Assembly: GCA_963693095.2 (NCBI GenBank)
Contig: OY843768.1
Span: 1,024,001-1,088,000, forward strand
Direction: 5' to 3'
Length of the DNA: 64,000 nucleotides
Source: Cenarchaeum sp.
GTDB taxonomy: Archaea > Thermoproteota > Nitrososphaeria > Nitrososphaerales > Nitrosopumilaceae
Both the position numbers and the translations under genes were made by a program. This document shows, piece after piece, positions 50,789-60,924 of this stretch; position 1 is the first letter of the stretch; the number at the start of each line of letters is the position of its first letter. Under the pieces are notes generated by a model. The model was given only the letters and a program-made list of their open reading frames with translations, searched no databases and had not been told where the DNA came from.

Positions 50789-52093
50789 CAGTACATGATC
50801 ATGTACCGGCCCTCACGGCCAGCCATGGGGGCGGCTTCCGGGGGCGCACGCACGAGCCGCCCCCGCCGATCCAGGCCATGAACTCCACCAGGGTCGGCTC
50901 CCTCCCCGCCCCGCGCCCCAGCCGCTGGCCGGCGGCGAGCTCCCACTTTGCGAGGACCCACGCGTTGTACGCCATCATGGTGTACAGGAAGCAGAACAGG
51001 CGGTACTTCGAGTCGCGGCTGCTCGTGCGAACCCGCACGCCCTCCAGGCTCGCGTAGCCGCTCTCGATCCCCCACCGCCTCGGGTACTCCTCGTCGGGGT
51101 CGCACCCCCCGGGGACGTTGGTGGCGAACGCTATGTGCCTGGCCTCCGGGGATCCGGAGTCCCGCGTGCCCGGCTCCCTCTCCCTCTTGAGCCTCCGCTT
51201 GATGACCATCGTGTACGGGACGGTCGTACCGTCCGTGCGCGTCACCACCGTCTCCGACACGTCGCCGATCCTTCCGGCCGCGTAGTCGCGCAGCGAGGCC
51301 GTGACGCCGGGCCTGTTCGGGCACGGGACGAGGTAGCTCGCCCCCATCGAGTCGAGCGTCTCGAGGACGTCGGCGCTGAAGAACTCGCGGTCCATCAGGA
51401 CCAGGCGCACGCGCACGCCGTGCGAGAGCACGGTTTCCATTATGCGGCGCACGCACTCGGCGTTCCTGTCGCCGAGGCGCATGGGGACCGCGGCGAGCTG
51501 GAAGCGCACGCCCCTGGTGACGACCTGCGCCGACATGTACGTCTCGGCCCACGTCGTGCCCCTCTTGAAGCGCCCGCGCGACAGGTGCGAGCGGTCGCCG
51601 CTGTCGTAGCGCGGGATGTTGTGCTTGTCGATCGCCACGACGATGCCGCGCCTGGCGAGGCCCCCCGTCACCGTCGCCGACAGCAGGCCGTAGACCATCC
51701 TGTCAAAGTCCTCCCCCATCTCCGTGGCGTCCATGCGGTGGATCGCGCGCCTCACCCACAGGGCGCCGGGGAGCCTGCCGTGCGCCGACAGCGCCGACAC
51801 GGCCGCCGCCGACGAGACCGACCGGGCGAGGAGGCACGCCCCCAGCATGCAGCGGTGAAAGTCCGCGGCGCCGTACAGCGCGTTGTGCCGCGCGGACACG
51901 GGCACGCGGCACATCGCGCAGAACGCCCCGTAGATAGCCCCATATATCCGGGGGTTTGCGATCCCGCGGCGCCTCAGGCGGCCCCTTATTCGAATCAAGC
52001 GGGCCGCCTGGGGCCGCCCCCCAATTGATCTGTTTGCATTTCGGGCGGCTCAGGGGCCGTTTTGGGCGGTTTTGGGTACATGACCAACTACTG
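50789..52093 (-). mobile_element. Intact ISH3-family insertion sequence (1305 bp) with 5-bp TSD GACTT
   Basis: IRs CAGTACATGATCATGTACC / GGTACATGACCAACTACTG; GACTT at 50784-50788 and 52094-52098. Confidence 0.92.
50799..51998 (-). CDS. ISH3-family DDE transposase
   Basis: VAID.H.IP.Y, LMDREFFS, FATN, Y.RRWGIESGY, YNAW. Confidence 0.9.
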   Translation of the reverse strand: MIRIRGRLRRRGIANPRIYGAIYGAFCAMCRVPVSARHNALYGAADFHRCMLGACLLARSVSSAAAVSALSAHGRLPGALWVRRAIHRMDATEMGEDFDRMVYGLLSATVTGGLARRGIVVAIDKHNIPRYDSGDRSHLSRGRFKRGTTWAETYMSAQVVTRGVRFQLAAVPMRLGDRNAECVRRIMETVLSHGVRVRLVLMDREFFSADVLETLDSMGASYLVPCPNRPGVTASLRDYAAGRIGDVSETVVTRTDGTTVPYTMVIKRRLKREREPGTRDSGSPEARHIAFATNVPGGCDPDEEYPRRWGIESGYASLEGVRVRTSSRDSKYRLFCFLYTMMAYNAWVLAKWELAAGQRLGRGAGREPTLVEFMAWIGGGGSCVRPRKPPPWLAVRAGT

Positions 52094-52323
52094 GACTTTA
52101 CGCACGAGTGCGCGTCTTGTGACGTGCATTTGTCGCCTGTCCTAATGCCCTGTTTCACAGCCCCGCCCCGGCGAGCGGCAACTCTGGCCAAAATGCAAAT
52201 GTGGAGGCCCGCACGCCGATGCCGCGTCGGCACGCGTGGCAGACGCAAGGTACGCGGGCAAGGGCAGGGTGCCCGTAAAGAATCAGAGCAGGGCGGGCAA
52301 GGCGCAAGATCTACTGGGCAGTA

Positions 52324-52524
52324 TCACGACTCGTCATCGTCGCCATGGATGAAATCCGACCTCCGGGCGTCAAACGAGGAGTATATGCGAGTGATTGGGA
52401 GCCGTTTGGGGCCGACGTATATCGTGTTGGCCTTGTGGGCCTCGCGGCTCAGCTTGAACAGCTCGGCTTGGCTCATCTCGCACCTGCGTGCGGCCGTCAT
52501 CCAGCCGCGCAACCAGTCCCACAT
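52324..52524 (-). CDS. 66-aa microprotein, copy 2
   Basis: Paralogue of 50546-50743; first 18 aa identical. Confidence 0.65.
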   Translation of the reverse strand: MWDWLRGWMTAARRCEMSQAELFKLSREAHKANTIYVGPKRLPITRIYSSFDARRSDFIHGDDDES

Positions 52525-52652
52525 GGCAGCAGTTGGACGTGTCGGCGCATATATGTGATCTCTAGGCCTTGCGCACGGGCGTGCGCCCCACGACGCGCAT
52601 TTGGCGCCAGAGGCAGCCACTGTTTAAATCCCTCTGCGCTGCCATGCGCGCC

Positions 52653-54035
52653 ATGGGCACACAGATGGGAGCGGCGAGGCGCGGGGAGATAACCGATCAG
52701 ATGCGCCGCGTTGCCGCTGATGAGGGCGTCGATGTGGAGTGGCTAGCAAGACGCATGGCCACAGGCTCCATAATAATACCCTCAAACGTGCGTCGGCCGC
52801 AGTCCATACACAACGTCGGCATAGGGAAGGGCCTCAAGACAAAGGTCAACGTGAATATCGGCACGTCAACGCTCCACGTCGACGTAGAGGCAGAGGCCCA
52901 AAAGGCGCGAACCGCCGTAAAGCACCACGCCGACACGATAATGGACCTCAGTGACGGGGGCGACGTCGGCGCGATAAGGAGGCGCCTCATGGACGAGGCC
53001 CGCATAACGTTTGGAACCGTCCCGATATACGAGGCATACAACCGGGGCGTCGAAAAGCACAGAGACCCGCTCGCAATAAGCGAGGATGACTTTATTGCGG
53101 CATTTGAGTCCAACGCGCGAGACGGGGTCGACTATACGACGATACACTCGGGCATCACCATGGACATTGCAAAACGCATAGAGCGCGTGCGAAGGCACGG
53201 TGGAATAGTGAGCAAGGGCGGAACGATAACTGCGGCATGGATGATGCGCCATGGCAAGGAGAACCCATACCACTCAAACTATGACTATCTCCTCGAGGTC
53301 GCAAAGGAGCACGACGTGACGTTTAGCCTCGGCGATGCGCTCAGGCCCGGCTCGATACTCGACTCGCATGACGAGCTGCAGGTGCAGGAGATGATCAACA
53401 TTAGCGATCTCACAAAACGCGCGCACGAGTCTGACGTTCAGGTCATGGTCGAGGGTCCCGGCCATGTCCCGCTCAACGAGGTTGCGGCAAACGTCCGCGT
53501 CGCAAAGGCGCTCATAGGCGAAGTCCCGTACTATGTCCTCGGCCCGCTAGTGACTGACATTGCGTCTGGCCACGATCACATTGCGAGCGCAATCGGCGCT
53601 GCAGTGTCAGCAGCCGAGGGAGTCGACCTGCTCTGCTACCTGACGGCATCCGAGCACCTTGCGCTTCCCAATGACGCAGAGGTAAAGGACGGGCTGATCG
53701 CGTACAGGATAGCGGCCCATGCCGGCGACCTCGTCAAGAACCGCGAGCGCGCCATAAAGTGGGATCGCGCCATGACCAAGGCGCGCCGCACGCTTGACTG
53801 GGAGGCGCAGATCGCCCTCTCAATAGACCCCGAAAAGGCCGCCGCGATCCACTCGCGCACAGGCCAGCACCCCGGCAACAACGTCCCGTGCACAATGTGC
53901 GGCGGCGCGTGCGTGTATGTCATGCTCCCGCAGCAGCGCTCCTATGACCCCGAGGATCCACCAGGCGCCAAGCCCGAGGTCGCCACGCTAGAGAAGCGAG
54001 TCGAGCGTCCCGGCCAGGCACGGGACGGAGTCTAG
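52653..54035 (+). CDS. thiC: Phosphomethylpyrimidine synthase
   Basis: TKVNVNIGTS, GTVPIY, LGDALRPG, EGPGHVP, CTMCG..C. Confidence 0.96.
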   Translation: MGTQMGAARRGEITDQMRRVAADEGVDVEWLARRMATGSIIIPSNVRRPQSIHNVGIGKGLKTKVNVNIGTSTLHVDVEAEAQKARTAVKHHADTIMDLSDGGDVGAIRRRLMDEARITFGTVPIYEAYNRGVEKHRDPLAISEDDFIAAFESNARDGVDYTTIHSGITMDIAKRIERVRRHGGIVSKGGTITAAWMMRHGKENPYHSNYDYLLEVAKEHDVTFSLGDALRPGSILDSHDELQVQEMINISDLTKRAHESDVQVMVEGPGHVPLNEVAANVRVAKALIGEVPYYVLGPLVTDIASGHDHIASAIGAAVSAAEGVDLLCYLTASEHLALPNDAEVKDGLIAYRIAAHAGDLVKNRERAIKWDRAMTKARRTLDWEAQIALSIDPEKAAAIHSRTGQHPGNNVPCTMCGGACVYVMLPQQRSYDPEDPPGAKPEVATLEKRVERPGQARDGV

Positions 54036-54389
54036 TAGCCGCAGCGAGTCGCGCGCGACCCAGCGGTGCTCAGAGCCCTCCCAGTTTAGCGTGACCTGTC
54101 GGTCGCGCGCCTCAAAGAGAAACGCGTGTATGCGCCACTCGCCGCCATGCCTCTCGGACCTCACCATTGCCGGCGGTGCCGAGGAGACGAGGCGCAGCGA
54201 GTCGCGCGCGATTCGAGCCTCCTCTAGGAGCTCGGCGTATGCGCGCTCTAGGGCAGCCTCGCCGGCATTTATGCTCCCGCTTATTGCCGACCACAGCCCA
54301 CGCATCGTGCGCACGCGCTCGCTGCGGCGAACCACAAGATACTCGTTATTGTTGCGCACAAATGACGTCGCGACGTTGCGCGCATCCAA
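53988..54389 (-). CDS. NUDIX hydrolase
   Basis: W..ISGSI..GE.....A..EL.EE, LNWE. Confidence 0.82.
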   Translation of the reverse strand: MDARNVATSFVRNNNEYLVVRRSERVRTMRGLWSAISGSINAGEAALERAYAELLEEARIARDSLRLVSSAPPAMVRSERHGGEWRIHAFLFEARDRQVTLNWEGSEHRWVARDSLRLLDSVPCLAGTLDSLL

Positions 54390-54391
54390 GG

Positions 54392-55249
54392 CTACTTTTT
54401 GTCCATCACGCGCGACATTGCAATCATCTTTTTGTACGACTCGGCGGTTCCGCCGTTGGCCTCTATCCTGGCCTGGCACGCGCGCACATAGTCGGTGACC
54501 TCTTCGGACTTGTTCTCCTGCACTGCGGTGAGGAGGCGCCCGATGTCCTTCCAGAGCTCCTCGGCGATGCGGCGAAGTTGCGGGTTTGATATTATCGTGT
54601 CAATCAGGTCAGGCGTCTCGGACATTATGCTGTCAGAGAGCGCCTTTTGTATACGGAACGTGCTGCCTGACATCTTGTGCGTTAGCGAGGGCTTTTCGTC
54701 CTTTGAGATAATGCTCGCAAATGCGATATTGACAAGGTGTGTGAGGCCGAGTATGACGGCGACCCTCTTGTCATGCTCGGCAGAGTCTATCGTGACGAAC
54801 GTCGCGTCCGGAAAGAGCGTCTTTGAGACGGCGATCTCCTTCTTGCCGTCCCTTATCGGCACAGAGATGATGTTCTGTCCCTTTGTGCCCTTGGCTCCCG
54901 GCCCGAACATTGGGTGTATGCAGACCGGAACGACCTTTGAGGGAACGCGCGAGAGAGCCGGCGCGGTCTTTAGCTTTTGCGAGGATATGTCGATGAGGTA
55001 CGCATCGCGCCTCATCTCCTTGGCGATTAGCCTGATGATCTCTGGTGTCTTTCTCGTCGGCGTGCACAGTATCACATAGTCGGCCTCGAGGATAGCCCCT
55101 ACGAGTGAGGAGCCCTTTGTGACCCCCTTTGGCAGCGATCTCGACTCGTCCTCGTCATATCCGGTGACGTCGTACTTTGGCGCAAAGTATCGGCACATCC
55201 ACGTGCCCATCTGCCCTGCGGCCCCAATCACGGACACCCGCTTCTTCAT
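54392..55249 (-). CDS. tyrA: Prephenate/arogenate dehydrogenase
   Basis: GAAGQMG, DISS.K, HPMFGP, EHDK...LTH. Confidence 0.9.
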   Translation of the reverse strand: MKKRVSVIGAAGQMGTWMCRYFAPKYDVTGYDEDESRSLPKGVTKGSSLVGAILEADYVILCTPTRKTPEIIRLIAKEMRRDAYLIDISSQKLKTAPALSRVPSKVVPVCIHPMFGPGAKGTKGQNIISVPIRDGKKEIAVSKTLFPDATFVTIDSAEHDKRVAVILGLTHLVNIAFASIISKDEKPSLTHKMSGSTFRIQKALSDSIMSETPDLIDTIISNPQLRRIAEELWKDIGRLLTAVQENKSEEVTDYVRACQARIEANGGTAESYKKMIAMSRVMDKK

Positions 55250-55252
55250 GCC

Positions 55253-56644
55253 CTAGGCCCCTGAGACGACGCTATTTAGTATATCCATTCCACGCGCCAG
55301 CGTGCGTGCCTCGCGGCACGCCGAGAGGCGCACAAACTGCCCATATCCCCCAAATGCGGCCCCCGGCGCTATCGCAAGGCCCCTTTTGAGGCACTCGAGG
55401 GCGACCTCGCCGCCGTCAAGGCCGCCCGGAAGTCGCGCAAAGAGGTACATTGCGCCATCGGGCTCGGCGAACTCGAGGCCCATGGCCGATGCCTGCGGCG
55501 AGAGGCCGGCGAGCCTCGAGAGTATGTCGTGTGCTGCCCCCGGCGGCTCGGCCTGCAGCGCGGCTAGCGACGCATACTGGATCGGCGAGGGCACGCACGT
55601 GAGGCATAGCGACTGGAGGCGGCCCATGCGCCGTATCTCCTCGGGCGGTGCTATGGCATATCCGGCGCGAAACCCCGTCATCGCGTGCGACTTTGAGAGC
55701 GACTGCGTCACGATCGTCTTGTCATGGCCAAACTCTAGCGCGCTGTGCCACTCTGTGCGCGAATAGAGCGAGTATATCTCGTCGCTCAGGACATAGAGCG
55801 AGTGGCGTGCGGCAATGTCCATGATCTCCTTTTGCCTGCGCCGTGGCAGAACCTTGCCCGTTGGGTTGTTTGGATAGTTTATCGCAATCATCCTTGTGTT
55901 TGGCGTTATGGCCGACTCGATCTCAGATATATCTGGCTCCCAGCCCGACTCTAGTGTCGTGTGGATGTGCCGAACCTTTACTCCGGCGCGCATTGCGCAT
56001 TGCGCATATGCCGGCCATGCCGGCTCGATGACTATGATCTCGTCTCCAGGATCAAGAAGCGACTCTATTGCAAGGTATATCGCAAACCTTGCGCCCATTG
56101 TGACTATGACATTGTCATGCGAGAGTCCGGCAGTGTGCGCAGACTCTACGTTGGCGATGACGTCGCGCAGCTCGGTCATGCCAAGTGCGGTGCCATACTT
56201 TGTGTGCCCCTTGGCACATGCGGCAGCCAGCGCATCGACTGCATATCCGGACGGCGCCGAGTCTGGCTCGCCGACTTCCATGTGGACAATGCTCTTGCCC
56301 TCCTCCTCTAGCCTCTTTGCCTCCTGAAATATTGCCGTGTGCGACGGTGCGGCACCCGTTGCGGCCTTTGACTGGACCTGCACGGACTCGTTTAGCAAAA
56401 AGTTCAGGAGCCTGGACGCCATTGCGGCCTCGCCGCCATCGGCGCACGACTCGATGACCTTTGCGCGCAAGTCGCCCTCCCGCCCAGAGTCATCAACTGG
56501 CGCGCCCATGTCGCGCTTGGCCTCGCCTATGCGGCGCGCAAGCTCCGAGCGCCTGCCCAGAAGGCGGACCATCTCGAGTGTGACTGTGTCCATCTCCTCG
56601 CGCAGGGGCTCGAGGGGTCCGGGCTCAGAGGACGGGTCTGACAA
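55253..56644 (-). CDS. Chorismate mutase fused to class I/II aminotransferase
   Basis: N-terminal LREEMD......L..R......IG..K....D..RE; PNNPTG, DEIY, SKS.AMTGFR.G. Confidence 0.88.
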   Translation of the reverse strand: MSDPSSEPGPLEPLREEMDTVTLEMVRLLGRRSELARRIGEAKRDMGAPVDDSGREGDLRAKVIESCADGGEAAMASRLLNFLLNESVQVQSKAATGAAPSHTAIFQEAKRLEEEGKSIVHMEVGEPDSAPSGYAVDALAAACAKGHTKYGTALGMTELRDVIANVESAHTAGLSHDNVIVTMGARFAIYLAIESLLDPGDEIIVIEPAWPAYAQCAMRAGVKVRHIHTTLESGWEPDISEIESAITPNTRMIAINYPNNPTGKVLPRRRQKEIMDIAARHSLYVLSDEIYSLYSRTEWHSALEFGHDKTIVTQSLSKSHAMTGFRAGYAIAPPEEIRRMGRLQSLCLTCVPSPIQYASLAALQAEPPGAAHDILSRLAGLSPQASAMGLEFAEPDGAMYLFARLPGGLDGGEVALECLKRGLAIAPGAAFGGYGQFVRLSACREARTLARGMDILNSVVSGA

Positions 56645-57719
56645 ATCCCCCCACCAGTGCAAGGTCGGCAATAACAAGGCTCACAAGCGAGTCCACAACG
56701 GGCGGCGCGCGCGGAACCACGCACGGGTCATGCCTGCCGCGCACGCGAAGGATCGCCGGCTTGCGCGTCCTGGCGTTGACAGTAGGCTGGTCCATCGCTA
56801 TTGACGAGACTGGCTTGAAGGCAACGTTCATCGTTATCGGCATGCCATTGGAGATCCCCCCAAGAATGCCGCCTGCGTTGTTTGTGCGCGTGATGATGCG
56901 CGAGCGCCTGATCTCGTACGTGTCATTGTTCTGCGAGCCCGAGCTGGCAGCGCCGGCAAACCCCGAACCAAACTCGACGCCCTTTACTGACGGTATGGAG
57001 AACATGGCGCGGCTCAGGTCTGACTCGATGGACGCAAACAGCGGCTCGCCGAGGCCGACAGGCACTCCCGTCGTGACCGAGCGGACAATTCCTCCCAGTG
57101 AGTCCCCTGCACGCCGCGCTGACATGACTAGCTCGCGCATCCGCGATGCGGCCCTTGCGTCAGGACAGCGCACGTCGTTGCGGTACATTGCGCGCAGCGC
57201 GCGAGGTGTCGGCTCGCCCTCCATTGACACCCCGCCGATCTGCGCGGTGTACGAGTGTGTCTTTATGCCAAGCGCGACATCGATGAGCTTGCGCGCAATG
57301 GCCCCGCCCATGATGTGCGTGGCCGTCAGCCTGCCCGAGAATCGCCCGCCCCCGCGATGGTCGCCGTGACCGCCATACTTTACCATCGACGTATAGTCGG
57401 CATGGCCCGGCCTCAGCAGTCGCTCAAGGGCGTCATATGACCTCGAGTCGGCATCCTTGTTCCATGTCAGCATTGCGATCGGCGCGCCTGTCGTGCGTCC
57501 CCTAAACACGCCAGAGAGCATCTCCACGCGATCAGGCTCCTTGCGCTGCGTGGCTATGGCCGACTGGCCAGGCCGCCTCTGATCGAGCATCGGCTGTATG
57601 TCACGCTCGGATAGTCGCAGTCCGGCCGGACACCCGTCAAGGACCGCCCCGACGCACTTGCCATGGCTCTCGCCAAAGCTTGTTAGGACAAGGCGCCGGC
57701 CGATCGAGCTCTCTGACAA
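56625..57719 (-). CDS. aroC: Chorismate synthase
   Basis: GESHG, RPGHAD, GGRFSGR, GRHDPCV. Confidence 0.97.
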   Translation of the reverse strand: MSESSIGRRLVLTSFGESHGKCVGAVLDGCPAGLRLSERDIQPMLDQRRPGQSAIATQRKEPDRVEMLSGVFRGRTTGAPIAMLTWNKDADSRSYDALERLLRPGHADYTSMVKYGGHGDHRGGGRFSGRLTATHIMGGAIARKLIDVALGIKTHSYTAQIGGVSMEGEPTPRALRAMYRNDVRCPDARAASRMRELVMSARRAGDSLGGIVRSVTTGVPVGLGEPLFASIESDLSRAMFSIPSVKGVEFGSGFAGAASSGSQNNDTYEIRRSRIITRTNNAGGILGGISNGMPITMNVAFKPVSSIAMDQPTVNARTRKPAILRVRGRHDPCVVPRAPPVVDSLVSLVIADLALVGGFVRPVL

Positions 57720-57921
57720 TGCAGCGCGTTTTGCGGCCGTGGCGCATATAACTCCTTACAGGTCCATGGCCTCGCAGCGCGCCGCCGGGGCACAGGGCAT
57801 GTCGCGGGCCGGCATGGCGCGCAGGGCCAGGGCAGGCGCACGTCCCCCTCGTGGGCCCGCACGCGTGACGTCTCACGGGTGCCCAATATGATAAAATAGG
57901 GCGGATCGGCCCCATGCGTCC

Positions 57922-58341
57922 GTGTCAGCAGATCCCAACAGCATACCGCCTGTCCTTCGCGAACAGGTCGAAAAGCTGCAGCAGATGCAGGGCAGCCTCC
58001 ATGGCGTCTCGGCCCAAAAGCAGCAGGTCGAAGTCGAGCGCCTCGAGGTCGAGCGCGCCCTAGAGGAGCTCAGAAAGGCCGGCGAGGACGAGACTGTCTA
58101 CAAGCATGCCGGCTCGATACTCATAAAGACGACGCGCGATGCCCTAATCGCCGAGCTCGAGGAGAGAAAAGAGCTCTCCACTACGCGCCAGACGGTCCTC
58201 GCAAAGCAGGACGCGCGCCTGCGAGAGAGCCTAAAGGAGCAGGAGGCAAAGGTCACCGACATGATAAGGGGGATGCAGAGTCCCGGCGGGCCGCAGGGCG
58301 GGCCGCCCCCACAGGGCACGCAGCCCCCTGCGCAATCGTGA
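57922..58341 (+). CDS. pfdB: Prefoldin beta subunit
   Basis: Coiled coil - VYK.AG.ILIK hairpin - coiled coil. Confidence 0.9.
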   Translation: MSADPNSIPPVLREQVEKLQQMQGSLHGVSAQKQQVEVERLEVERALEELRKAGEDETVYKHAGSILIKTTRDALIAELEERKELSTTRQTVLAKQDARLRESLKEQEAKVTDMIRGMQSPGGPQGGPPPQGTQPPAQS

Positions 58342-58363
58342 TATAGCGCACGGCGTAACGTGT

Positions 58364-59173
58364 GTGCGCATGGACATCAAGAACCTGCGCATCATTGCAG
58401 ATGAGCGCGAGCGAAAGAGCCGCATACCCGCACTCCTCACAAAGCTCGGCGTGCAGACTGACTTTAGCACTCTAGTGACCGGCGACTATATCGTAGCAAC
58501 GGACACGGGTGTGGAGCGCAAGAGCACGCGTGACCTCATCGCGTCTGTCGTTGACGGTCGGCTAGATGAGCAGTGCAAGAGGCTAAAGACAGAGTTTCGC
58601 CATCCCGTCCTAGCAGTGGAGGGGCCTTCTGAGGATATTACGCGCCACGTGGAGAACTCGTATGTGTTCTATGACACCGTGGCAAGGGTTGCTATCGAGT
58701 CAGGCATCTCGCTCGTGCAAACGCCTGATGCCAACGGGACCGCAAGGCTGCTCATCGCGCTCGGGACGCGAAAGGGCGTGCGCAGGGGCGAGCTCCTCAA
58801 GAGGCAGCGCAGGAGACCCGGCGCGAGCGTGCGCGAGCAGCAGCTTTGCACGCTGTGCAGCCTGCCGGGCATTGGCGAAAAGCTTGCCACGCGAATGCTA
58901 GACAGGTTTGGCACGCCGATGGCCGCCTTTGGCGCATCAGCGTCCGAGCTTGCGCGCGTCGAGGGCATTGGAGCCGTGCGCGCCAAAAGGCTTTGCGCGA
59001 TCATGGGCTCGCCGGCCCGCACTCGCGCCCCCGGGAGGCCTGCGAGTCGCCGGACGCCGGACCGCCGGACCGCCGCAGACCGCACAGCGGGACTCGGAGC
59101 CCATGTCACGCGAGCACGCCGGACAGCGCCTCGTCCAGCGCCGCGGCGTGCGCGTGCCGGCCGTCATGACTGA
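58364..59173 (+). CDS. XPF/ERCC4 nuclease with HhH motifs
   Basis: DERE, GDY, VERKS..D...S..DGRL..Q, LPGIG, VEGIG. Confidence 0.9.
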   Translation: MRMDIKNLRIIADERERKSRIPALLTKLGVQTDFSTLVTGDYIVATDTGVERKSTRDLIASVVDGRLDEQCKRLKTEFRHPVLAVEGPSEDITRHVENSYVFYDTVARVAIESGISLVQTPDANGTARLLIALGTRKGVRRGELLKRQRRRPGASVREQQLCTLCSLPGIGEKLATRMLDRFGTPMAAFGASASELARVEGIGAVRAKRLCAIMGSPARTRAPGRPASRRTPDRRTAADRTAGLGAHVTRARRTAPRPAPRRARAGRHD

Positions 59174-59518
59174 GACGACGCGCATGCCCATCGTCTTTGC
59201 CACGTTGGAAACGGCATAGTCATCAGTGACGAGCTCGCCTCCAAGCTCGGAGCACAGCGCGATGACTGACATGTCTGCGCGCGAGAGCGCATCAGACTCG
59301 CCTACGCGCCGTGCTGCTGCGCGTGCGGCGGCAACTGATGCCTCAGACGGGGCCATGACGACGAGTCGTCTGACTGCGATGAGCGTCTCGATTGCGCCGT
59401 GGGCCGACTTTATGTGGCGGATCTCGCCATACACGTCCTCTGTCGTGTGCAGGATGCCAGATGACGCAAATGGAACGCCCGCATAGAACGCCGAGGCGTC
59501 AAGAACCCTAAAAGCCAA
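58937..59518 (-). CDS. nob1: Nob1-family PIN endonuclease with zinc ribbon
   Basis: VLDASAF, LS.AD, TDDYAVSNVA, CPAC...CAVCG. Confidence 0.88.
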   Translation of the reverse strand: MAFRVLDASAFYAGVPFASSGILHTTEDVYGEIRHIKSAHGAIETLIAVRRLVVMAPSEASVAAARAAARRVGESDALSRADMSVIALCSELGGELVTDDYAVSNVAKTMGMRVVSVMTAGTRTPRRWTRRCPACSRDMGSESRCAVCGGPAVRRPATRRPPGGASAGRRAHDRAKPFGAHGSNALDARKLGR

Positions 59519-60323
59519 GCTTTGTCATCTGTCTCAGGCCAGCCTTTCTCTGCCTCACAAACACCGCATGGCGGCTGTGGCGCCTTATCGTTATCGAGCC
59601 GCCAAACTCGACTGGCCTGATAACCTGCGCGTCCATGACAACGTTGCAGTCATGTGAGCACTTCACCTCGATCTTTTCATCTGGCACGACGATCGACTCG
59701 AGCCTGAACACTGGGGCAACTGGCGTTATGATAAGCACGTCGAGCGTCTCGTGGAGTATCGGGCCTCCAAGCGATAACGAGTGCCCTGTTGAGCCGCTAG
59801 GTGTCGCCACGATAACGCCGTCCATCTTTTGCGTGACTGTGTCGTTCTGAAACTTTATCTCAAACTCGGATGTCCGCGTAAGGTTGGCGCGGCTGATGAA
59901 TATCTCATTGAGCGCGGCCGGAAACTCCTCGCCGCCAGTAGAGGCTGACACGCGCACGCGCCGGTCAAGGAATATCTTGTCGTGGCGAACCTGCTCAATT
60001 GCGCCGTCAATCCCGTCCATCGTAGTCTCGGAGAGTATGCCGCGGTTTCCGCCGACGTTTACGGCAAGCATCGGAACCTCAGAGTCGAGGCCGCGTGCCG
60101 TTCTCAGGGTCGTCCCGTCGCCGCCTAGCGTGATGACCATGTCAAGGCTCTCGCCGCGCATCGACTCGACATCCTCGGCGACGCGAACGCCCTCAGCAGA
60201 CACCGGCGGCGTCGCGATGACCTCCGAGCCGGCAGCCGCAAGCCGGCTAGCCACCGCAGTCGCCGCCCTAGCAGCGTCTGCTGAGCCAAGCTTGCACACA
60301 ATGCCAACCCTGTCGAGCCTCAT
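59508..60323 (-). CDS. nadK: NAD+ kinase
   Basis: LGGDGT, LNE, DG..VATPSGSTGH.LS.GGP. Confidence 0.93.
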   Translation of the reverse strand: MRLDRVGIVCKLGSADAARAATAVASRLAAAGSEVIATPPVSAEGVRVAEDVESMRGESLDMVITLGGDGTTLRTARGLDSEVPMLAVNVGGNRGILSETTMDGIDGAIEQVRHDKIFLDRRVRVSASTGGEEFPAALNEIFISRANLTRTSEFEIKFQNDTVTQKMDGVIVATPSGSTGHSLSLGGPILHETLDVLIITPVAPVFRLESIVVPDEKIEVKCSHDCNVVMDAQVIRPVEFGGSITIRRHSRHAVFVRQRKAGLRQMTKLGF

Positions 60324-60496
60324 GCGGCACACGCATGCGCGCCTCAATTAAAAACAACCGACTCGGCATGGGCGCCATTGCGCGCGCCAGCAGCAGCGCA
60401 CGCGCGGGATCGGTGCGGCCTGAGAGCCAGGCTCTGCGCACGCGTGGGTGACGCGCGGCATGGCGCCCACAGTTTAAACGAGGCCATCGCAGGCGC

Positions 60497-60907
60497 GTGG
60501 CCAAGATGGTCGGCGAGCCCCCCGTTCTGTCCAGGGAGGAGTATTCGACAAAGTGCGACCAGATACTTGAGGACTCGGAAATCAGGTTCTGCGGCTTTAT
60601 AGGCGGTGACGCCGAGCTCATAGTCAGCAGGTTCAGAAAGGACGTTGATCCCATCGAGACTGACGAGAACAGGCGCAAGATATACCAAGATCTCGTAGCC
60701 CGCATAACGAGGCGCAAGATGTTTGATGCCAAGCTCGGGCGCGTAAAGTACTCGGCATCACGCCGCGAAAAGGCCGTAATGATGAGCTTTCCGGTAGGCG
60801 AGGACATCGTCATGGTCATGGCCGAGCCGCACGTCAACATTGACCGGACCGCATACAGGATTATCGAAAAGCTCGGCAGCCAGTGGTCAGAGTTTTACGG
60901 CAAATAG
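60497..60907 (+). CDS. Thaumarchaeal DUF6659/roadblock-like protein
   Basis: C..IL....IRFCG.I, R..FD.KLG.VKY....R. Confidence 0.7.
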   Translation: MAKMVGEPPVLSREEYSTKCDQILEDSEIRFCGFIGGDAELIVSRFRKDVDPIETDENRRKIYQDLVARITRRKMFDAKLGRVKYSASRREKAVMMSFPVGEDIVMVMAEPHVNIDRTAYRIIEKLGSQWSEFYGK

Positions 60908-60924
60908 AAAAGATGGTGTGGGGC

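Noticed and set aside
55253-56644. Chorismate mutase-aminotransferase fusion as a novelty
   Set aside because: Fits ordinary aromatic amino-acid biosynthesis context and is, to my knowledge, usual in this lineage
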